Source: Fibrobacteria bacterium (GTDB lineage Bacteria > Fibrobacterota > Fibrobacteria > UBA11236 > JADFYW01). From it: a stretch of DNA of 64,000 nt. Positions 59,294-64,000 of the stretch are shown in pieces. The position numbers and the translations under genes were made by a program. Under the pieces are notes generated by a model. That model was not told the origin of the DNA. It worked only from the letters and a program-made list of their open reading frames with translations, and did no database searches. The stretch is from assembly GCA_050294405.1 (NCBI GenBank), contig JBNKOC010000012.1:480001-544000 (forward strand), in the 5' to 3' direction. Position 1 is the stretch's first letter. Each line of letters starts with the position of its first letter.

Positions 59294-59700
59294 TAATGCA
59301 GTTCCTTTCTTGTTAATATGCTTCATGATTTTAAACCACATTTTACAGCTAAAATTTCGCAATCAGTTTAGAAATTTTGATGTTGTTATGGTGAAGTGCC
59401 CTCCGTCCTTGGTACAGGTAAAAAGGCAGCTCTGGCAGATCGTTAACATAAGCTATAATCCTGGTCAAATGGGTGTATTGATGGATTATTTGGAACAGAA
59501 ATTACCGAAAATTCGTACAAGAATATTTCTTAAACCAATTCAAACCCCATAACCACATTAATTCACTAATTAAAAGTAGAGGAAAATTTACTGTCAATTG
59601 AAAAATATTTGTTTTAATGCTACACGTTTTGGAACAAATTCATCATGGCTTTCGTCCTAACCAGTATGGAACGAACCAACTAATTTTTACCGGGGGCAAT

Positions 59701-61944
59701 ATGTTAAAGTTTTTTATCACCACCTTGGGAATACTGTCAGCGCTTGTTTTGAGTCCAAGCGCAGCGACAAAATTTCCCTTTCCTCAGCAAAGGACCTATC
59801 CAAGTGGAATTTTGCCCGAGGGAATTGATCATAAACATGTTCAAACAATTTACGATATCTGGCTTAAGGGGTATTATACAGAAAGCGGGGATCAGGCCAG
59901 AATTAAATTCGATGAACCTGAAAACACAGTGAGTGAAGGTATTGGATATGGAATGCTTATCATGGTATACATGGACAATGCCAAAAACAACACCCAGGCC
60001 AAATTCGACAAACTTTGGAATTACTACAAAGCCCATTCCAATAATGGCCTAATGGATTGGAAAATTTCAGGATTTGGCGGAACCATAGGCGGAGGTGCAG
60101 CTACGGATGCCGAGTTGGATGCAGCGGTAGCCCTTATTATGGCTTATGAGCAATGGGGAGACGAAAAGTACCTCAACGAAGCCAAAACCTTAATCGGCAA
60201 TGTTTACGCCCAGGAAGTTAAAAGCGACTACTTAGTTGGCGGCAGCCAATGGGTAAGTTATAACCCCTCATATATGAGTATAGTTGCGTTAGAATTGTTT
60301 AAAGAGGTAGATGGAAGCAGATGGAACAATGTTGTGAACACTTCCTATACATTGCTCGATGCGAGCCAGCACAACCAAACAGGCCTTTGGCCTAACTGGT
60401 GCGATATTAATGGCAATCCCGGCGGCGGCGTAGGAAACGACCCTACCGTATACGGCTTTGATGCGGCACGTACCCCCTGGAGAATAGGTTGGGCCTATCT
60501 TTGGCATGGCCATAGCCAGGCTAAAGCTTTAAGTTCAAAAGTGGTGGATTGGTTTATTTCCGAGACCGGCAACACTCCCGGGCTTATTGGCCAAAAGTAT
60601 AACCTGGATGGTTCCATTGCCACAGGCGCAGGGGGAAATATGGATAACATTCCTACCTTTCTCGGCCCTCTGGTAGTGGGCGGAGTAGTAGATCCCAAAT
60701 ATCAGGACTGGGTAAATAAAGGTTACAATCGCTTGCGGGCATTCGGGCCAACTGACGACAACTATTATAACGAAACCCTGGAGTTATTATGTATGCTCTT
60801 GCTTACTGGTAACATGCCAAACTTCCGTACTATTACTCCTCACACAACAGCGACCCTTGAAGTTACAGCAACTCCAAATGGCGCAGGAACCTTAACTATT
60901 TCTCCTGATAAACCCAGTTATTCCATTGGAGAACAGGTTACTATTACCACAGCTCCAAGTGGGCCTAATTTTACTTTTGTGGGATGGTCCGGCGACTATG
61001 TGGGCACAGCTCTCACAGCAACAGTGACCGTGGATTATAACATGAAAATCCAAGCGGTATATAAGGATGAAACAGCAAAAGATTTGGTGGATGACTGTGA
61101 AGACAACGATGCCAAAACAAATATGGGCACCGATTGGTTTACCTATACGGATGCAGCTGATGCCGGGGCTTCTGTTGTCACTCCGCTAACTGGCGGAGAA
61201 GACGCTCCTTTTACCATGGCAGCTGGCGGATACGAATCCAACTATGCTGCAAAAATAGAATTTAGCCTGGATCAGGGTGGGTTCGAATACGATCCTTTTG
61301 TGGGAATTGGATTCCAGTTCAATGAAGATCAAGTGCCGGAAGATGTCAGTGCTGCTACAGGCATTAGTTTTTACTACAAAGGCAGTTTTGGCGGCGCAAA
61401 TGCTGCTATTTACATTGAATGTGCCACTGTAACTGAACCCGGAGCAAACTACGGCATGCTTTTGGAACCAAGTGCGGATTGGAAAGAAATGCTGGTAACC
61501 TGGGATGACTTTCTACAACCTTCCTGGGCAGAACAGGTGGAATTGGATATGACTCAGGTTGAAAACTTTCACTGGCAAATTCAGGGAGACACAGGGGACA
61601 GCGGTGAACTTTGGCTGGACAATATCCGCTTGATTGGATACGAAATTGCAAGCCCCATTAAAAACCCTGCACAAAATAAATTTAAGGAAAATAAAGCTAT
61701 CCGTTTTTCACAATTGGGCAACCAATTGGAAATCCAATACTTCATTAACCAGGATAGTTATGTTAGCCTAGAGCTTTACGACTTATCCGGAAAGCTTGTT
61801 CAAACTCTGGAACAAGGAAATAAAGCTGCCGGGAACCATTCAGTTCTGGTTTCAGCCTCAGAAAAATTAAACTCTCATTCTCTTTACATAGCAAAACTTA
61901 AAAGCGAAACCAGGGAAGCTTCTGAGTTGATTATGATGCAATAA
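59701..61944 (+). CDS. GH8 endoglucanase + bacterial repeat domain + CBM11-like domain + T9SS-type C-terminal domain
   Basis: TVSEGIGYGM, ATDAELD, NPSY, YGFDAARTPWR, YYN; FVGWSGD repeat; DDCED..W..Y.D, GISFYYKG, DF.QPSW, LWLDNI; LYDLSGKLV tail. ATG 59701 follows GGGGG. Confidence 0.9.
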   Translation: MLKFFITTLGILSALVLSPSAATKFPFPQQRTYPSGILPEGIDHKHVQTIYDIWLKGYYTESGDQARIKFDEPENTVSEGIGYGMLIMVYMDNAKNNTQAKFDKLWNYYKAHSNNGLMDWKISGFGGTIGGGAATDAELDAAVALIMAYEQWGDEKYLNEAKTLIGNVYAQEVKSDYLVGGSQWVSYNPSYMSIVALELFKEVDGSRWNNVVNTSYTLLDASQHNQTGLWPNWCDINGNPGGGVGNDPTVYGFDAARTPWRIGWAYLWHGHSQAKALSSKVVDWFISETGNTPGLIGQKYNLDGSIATGAGGNMDNIPTFLGPLVVGGVVDPKYQDWVNKGYNRLRAFGPTDDNYYNETLELLCMLLLTGNMPNFRTITPHTTATLEVTATPNGAGTLTISPDKPSYSIGEQVTITTAPSGPNFTFVGWSGDYVGTALTATVTVDYNMKIQAVYKDETAKDLVDDCEDNDAKTNMGTDWFTYTDAADAGASVVTPLTGGEDAPFTMAAGGYESNYAAKIEFSLDQGGFEYDPFVGIGFQFNEDQVPEDVSAATGISFYYKGSFGGANAAIYIECATVTEPGANYGMLLEPSADWKEMLVTWDDFLQPSWAEQVELDMTQVENFHWQIQGDTGDSGELWLDNIRLIGYEIASPIKNPAQNKFKENKAIRFSQLGNQLEIQYFINQDSYVSLELYDLSGKLVQTLEQGNKAAGNHSVLVSASEKLNSHSLYIAKLKSETREASELIMMQ

Positions 61945-61972
61945 TTGGATGAGTAAAAAAGTTTCCTAAAAC

Positions 61973-62001
61973 AAAAAAGGCACTGAAAAGTGCCTTTTTT
62001 T
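61973..62001. terminator. Bidirectional intrinsic terminator
   Basis: AAAAAAGGCACT-GAAA-AGTGCCTTTTTTT between the GH8 gene and tRNA-fMet. Confidence 0.88.
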
Positions 62002-62003
62002 GT

Positions 62004-62080
<77 letters not shown>

Positions 62081-62165
62081 ACGAATTTTGTGTGCATTAA
62101 TCTAGCATAAATAATTTAAGATTCAAGGAATCTGGCACAATTTCCGGATTTTCTTGAAAGAACCT

Positions 62166-63509
62166 TTAAACACCAGCTTTATACACAGCATAGCCTCGGG
62201 GCGGAGCCCAAAATTGGCCCCAGCCATTTTCCTGTACTGGTTGCGGGTAGGGCATGTCTAATTGATAGGGGCTCCACCAGGCTATGGGTTTTAAGACCTC
62301 ATTGTTCCATTGGGTGTGTACCCACTTGCCATTCCACCCATCTCCTCGATTATTGAGAACATATATAAGGCCAGGGTTGTTTCCTGAGCCTCTTCTTTGC
62401 ATGATATACAAGTTGTCATCTACCCATAGGGTATCTGTTTTGCCAGCTGCTAATTTTTCATGGACATATACTAGGGCGGCAATCCCATTTGGAGATCCTT
62501 CTTTAGCTAAACCCCAGTTGTAATAGTCTTGCCAAAAGACGCATGGATAACCTTCGTGAGTTAGGATGTAACTATAAGCCAAAAGTTTGTCATTATAAAT
62601 TGGGGGCTCACTACCGCCTCTAAAGTCATGGTTGTCCACAAAGGTAACAGCTCCAAAGGGATTGTCGTAAAATAAGGTGGAAGGGCCGCCTAAATTTCTT
62701 AGGCTGAATCCATAGCTATCGCAAAGGTTTTTTAATTGATATCGAAGGGGAAAATCAAATGCTCCAACCGGATTGTCACTCCAGTCATTCACTTCATGGA
62801 GCCAATCCTCAATTTCTCTGTCGCCGGCCCAGTTTTCTGCAACTCCATAAGGCTTAAATGGATTGCCATTTTTTACATAGCGTTCTTCCTGAATTGCTTT
62901 GGTTACCCAGGTGCCATAGCCTTTTACAAAATCATATCGAAATCCATCAAAGCCGATTTCTTCTATCATCCACTTGGCAAGTTTTAAGATTTCGGTATAT
63001 ACATACGGATTGCGGTGGCACAAATCTGGCATTTGGCCGAATTTTTTTTCATCCCAACTCTCGTATTGGCTTGGGTGAAAACAATCCCAGCTGCGTAAAA
63101 ATTTTCCGCTTTTAGGTTTGTTAAACAAGGTCCAACGCTTGACGCCATCAATGGGATTGACTTCTTCCTTATCTGCACCATTGTTGTGGTTTACAACCAT
63201 GTCTGCAATAACTGTCATGTTATTGTTGTGGGCTGCGTCGATTAAATTTAAAAGTTCCTCCTTGGAGCCAAACCAGGTTTTTTTAGCCCCCTTTTGTTGG
63301 TAATCTCCAAGATCATAAAAATCGTAAGGGTCGTAACCCATAGAAGGGCCATATATATTTGGAGGCTTATGGGCGGGAGGCAGCCAAAGGGATGTAAACC
63401 CCACATTGGCCAAGCCAGGTAATTTTCCCTGGATGTATTCCCACCACTTGTATTCTTTATTGTCTGTTTTAGGGCAGTCCCAGTAAAACGCTTGCATCAT
63501 TACTCCCAT
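62166..63509 (-). CDS. GH13 alpha-amylase, no signal peptide
   Basis: MMQAFYWD, MGYDPYDFYDLG, ADMVVNH, DGFRYDFVKG, AENW, FVDNHD; RBS AAGGAG. Confidence 0.92.
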   Translation of the reverse strand: MGVMMQAFYWDCPKTDNKEYKWWEYIQGKLPGLANVGFTSLWLPPAHKPPNIYGPSMGYDPYDFYDLGDYQQKGAKKTWFGSKEELLNLIDAAHNNNMTVIADMVVNHNNGADKEEVNPIDGVKRWTLFNKPKSGKFLRSWDCFHPSQYESWDEKKFGQMPDLCHRNPYVYTEILKLAKWMIEEIGFDGFRYDFVKGYGTWVTKAIQEERYVKNGNPFKPYGVAENWAGDREIEDWLHEVNDWSDNPVGAFDFPLRYQLKNLCDSYGFSLRNLGGPSTLFYDNPFGAVTFVDNHDFRGGSEPPIYNDKLLAYSYILTHEGYPCVFWQDYYNWGLAKEGSPNGIAALVYVHEKLAAGKTDTLWVDDNLYIMQRRGSGNNPGLIYVLNNRGDGWNGKWVHTQWNNEVLKPIAWWSPYQLDMPYPQPVQENGWGQFWAPPRGYAVYKAGV

Positions 63510-63689
63510 AATTCACTCCTTTGATATTAATTGGAAGAATAGCAGGTTCAAAAATTAAATGCTTCAAAAAAAATTTAAGTAATTGTTCGAATGGTTTTAA
63601 GGGATTTTGGTTTTAATAATGAAATGAACTAAATCTGGTGTTATTTAGAATTAGCAGCTTCAAATTATGTTATTTGAAAAATTTAAGAG

Positions 63690-64000
63690 TTATTTGGAGC
63701 CGTGAATGGCCTGGTCGAACTCTTTTAAAAGAGAAGCATCTTTGCTGACTTCAAACAAATTGCCAACCACAATGGCTTGAGCGCCTGCTTTCACCCTTTC
63801 GCTGGCGAGTTCCGGTTTGCGAATGCCTCCGCCCACAATTAGTTTAAGGTTGCAGGTATGCCGAACCATTTGAACCATTTCCACCGGAACGGGGTTCTTT
63901 GCTCCCGAACCGGCTTCCAGATATAAGTAGCGTTGTCCCATCATTTCTGCCGCCATAGCATGGGCTGCCGCAATTTGAGCCTTATCGGCGGGAATGGGTT
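63690..64000 (-). CDS. Geranylgeranylglyceryl/heptaprenylglyceryl phosphate synthase (GGGPS/PcrB family), partial
   Basis: PIPADKAQIAAAHAMAAEMMG..YLYLEAGSGA, LIVGGGIR, GA..IVVGN; runs off the right edge. Confidence 0.88.
   Translation of the reverse strand, partial: PIPADKAQIAAAHAMAAEMMGQRYLYLEAGSGAKNPVPVEMVQMVRHTCNLKLIVGGGIRKPELASERVKAGAQAIVVGNLFEVSKDASLLKEFDQAIHGSK

Noticed and set aside
59310..59552. 80-aa ORF in the GH10-GH8 intergenic region
   Set aside because: No RBS or motif; probably spurious.

Overview
AT-rich bacterial chromosomal window. The probable lineage is Fibrobacterota/FCB group, inferred from the GH8-CBM11 and GH10 enzymes with C-terminal sorting tails, a PorU-like C25 peptidase and a group II GGGPS. 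Left to right: xylose-type ABC genes; a PEP-CTERM protein; a guanidine/urea carboxylase catabolic operon (ABC transporter, two DUF1989 genes, carboxylase, allophanate hydrolase); and, directly downstream, a 7-gene double peptide-ligase/protease locus (circularly permuted ATP-grasp, alpha-E, Anbu proteasome-like protease, three transglutaminases, DUF2126 amidoligase). Further on are accessory secreted proteins, a low-GC gene beside tRNA-Arg, a degenerate PilMNOP-like cluster with a pseudo-PilB, housekeeping genes (recO, panB, lnt, rsmI, adk, hldD, ugd), zinc-related genes, an atypical SRAP, a putative leader-ORF-controlled metal-uptake operon, divergent GH10/GH8 CAZymes, tRNA-fMet, a GH13 amylase and a partial GGGPS. 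Top leads: (1) the guanidine operon and the ATP-grasp/Anbu locus share a near-identically spaced sigma54-type promoter architecture, and no guanidine riboswitch is visible; (2) the Anbu gene appears to start at ATT; (3) the PilB-like ATPase has lost most catalytic residues; (4) the SRAP has Ser in place of the catalytic Cys2; (5) a Cys/His leader ORF and hairpins precede a metal-uptake operon. All calls come from motif reading only; no database searches were run.
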